DNA of 64,000 nucleotides from an uncultured bacterium (GTDB lineage Bacteria > Bacteroidota > Bacteroidia > Chitinophagales > UBA10324). This document shows, piece after piece, positions 63,172-64,000 of the stretch (positions within the stretch are counted from its first letter, which is position 1; every line of letters starts with the position of its first letter). The DNA is taken from assembly GCA_963977675.1 (NCBI GenBank), contig CAXBPY010000006.1, forward strand, positions 3,714 through 67,713, given 5' to 3'. The notes under the pieces were generated by a model. That model searched no databases. It worked only from the letters and a program-made list of their open reading frames with translations, and was not told where the DNA came from. The position numbers and the translations under genes are program-made.

Positions 63172-63390
63172 ATGAAGAAGAAATCGAAAAAGAAAAAAGA
63201 CAATGCAAAAGTGAATCCTGAACTGGATGGTTTGGATTTGCGATTCAATAGTTTCGGGCAAATGACCTCCACTATGTCATTGGATGAACTCAATAGTTTT
63301 TTAAACCGGAATGTGAAGGATAAAAAACTGGAAGAGAAAATTGAAACTGAAAGCAAGCGAAAAGAAGAATCAAAAACGAAGAAAAAATAA
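63172..63390 (+). CDS. hypothetical small lysine-rich protein
   Basis: 72-aa ORF ending 2 nt before the TonB-like gene, with K-rich termini (MKKKSKKKKDNAK...SKRKEESKTKKK). No recognisable family. Confidence 0.35.
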   Translation: MKKKSKKKKDNAKVNPELDGLDLRFNSFGQMTSTMSLDELNSFLNRNVKDKKLEEKIETESKRKEESKTKKK

Positions 63391-63392
63391 TT

Positions 63393-63869
63393 ATGACTCT
63401 TAAAAAATATTTGACTCTGGTCACGGTCCTGATAATTTCAATTACAAATTCTTATTGCCAGCAAATTGACACACTCGTTCAGCAAGAAGTGATTGATGAT
63501 GTTCCCCCGGATATTAACAAAGTAGGAATTGCCCCATCGGAAAAAACTGAACAGGAAATTTTCGCCTTTGTGGAACAAATGCCTCAGTTCCCGGGAGGAG
63601 AAAGCGCGATGTATAAGTTTCTTGGAGATAATATTCATTACCCGGAGTCCGCGCGTAAAGCAAATGTACAGGGAAAAGTATTTGTTCAATTTGTTGTCTC
63701 TCCAAACGGCGAATTAACTGATTTAAAAATTCTTCGTGGTGTTTCCACCGATATCGATAATGAAGCACTTCGGGTTATTCATATGATGCCAAACTGGGTT
63801 CCCGGAAAGCAAAATGGAAGATGTGTTTCTGTACTTTTTACTCTTCCCATCAATTTTAAACTGAAATAA
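63393..63869 (+). CDS. TonB C-terminal domain (energy transducer TonB family) protein
   Basis: N-terminal anchor, then MPQFPGGESAMYKFLGDNIHYPESARKANVQGKVFVQFVVSPNGELTD, a typical Bacteroidota TonB_C domain. Confidence 0.8.
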   Translation: MTLKKYLTLVTVLIISITNSYCQQIDTLVQQEVIDDVPPDINKVGIAPSEKTEQEIFAFVEQMPQFPGGESAMYKFLGDNIHYPESARKANVQGKVFVQFVVSPNGELTDLKILRGVSTDIDNEALRVIHMMPNWVPGKQNGRCVSVLFTLPINFKLK

Positions 63870-63893
63870 ATTTTAACAGAAGAAAAATAAATC

Positions 63894-64000
63894 ATGCGGC
63901 CTATCAGAGTTCTTGTTGCTAAAGTTGGATTAGACGGTCACGATCGCGGAGCAAAATTTATTGCCAGCGCACTACGCGATGCCGGAATGGAAGTGATTTA
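63894..64000 (+). CDS. cobalamin-binding domain protein (methylmalonyl-CoA mutase C-terminal/small subunit type), 3' end beyond window
   Basis: My translation is [35 protein letters not shown], containing the DxHxxG B12-binding motif. Open to the window edge. Confidence 0.8.
   Translation, partial: MRPIRVLVAKVGLDGHDRGAKFIASALRDAGMEVI

Overview
AT-rich 64-kb chromosomal segment that looks like a Bacteroidota genome. Evidence for that placement: four type-A T9SS C-terminal sorting domains plus one CHU_C/type-B domain, a C25 gingipain-like peptidase, split transketolase, GH3 and DUF5606 genes, an ileS-dksA-lspA block, and TAnnTTTG -7 promoter boxes. I count 57 protein-coding genes (two truncated by the window edges) and one tRNA(CAT). 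Coding density is very high. I found no rRNA, transposase, integrase, phage genes or CRISPR array. Content from left to right: (1) GT-C glycosyltransferases, a sigma-54 activator, and rpmH-rnpA-yidD. (2) A compact GH3/LysE/mini-HAD/GT-C/acyltransferase-3 operon, divergent from an MsbA-like exporter. (3) Housekeeping genes (serS, lspA, ileS, nadE, trmB and others) interspersed with T9SS cargo genes. (4) A split transketolase whose two halves are separated by two tandem secreted VWA paralogues. (5) A 10-gene legionaminic/pseudaminic-type nonulosonic acid operon next to the tRNA. (6) kynU-kmo (kynurenine pathway). (7) Miscellaneous metabolism genes. The most interesting items are gene-context anomalies: the GH3 operon, the VWA pair nested in tkt, and the enlarged NulO operon with no transferase or flippase. 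Also notable are a DksA-like protein with a histone-H1-like tail and a family of short word-repeat hairpin elements in many intergenic regions. All functional calls come from motif and family recognition by eye; no database search was run. Several ORF-track starts are TTG/GTG over-extensions, and I corrected these where an ATG, signal peptide or promoter box supports a shorter gene.
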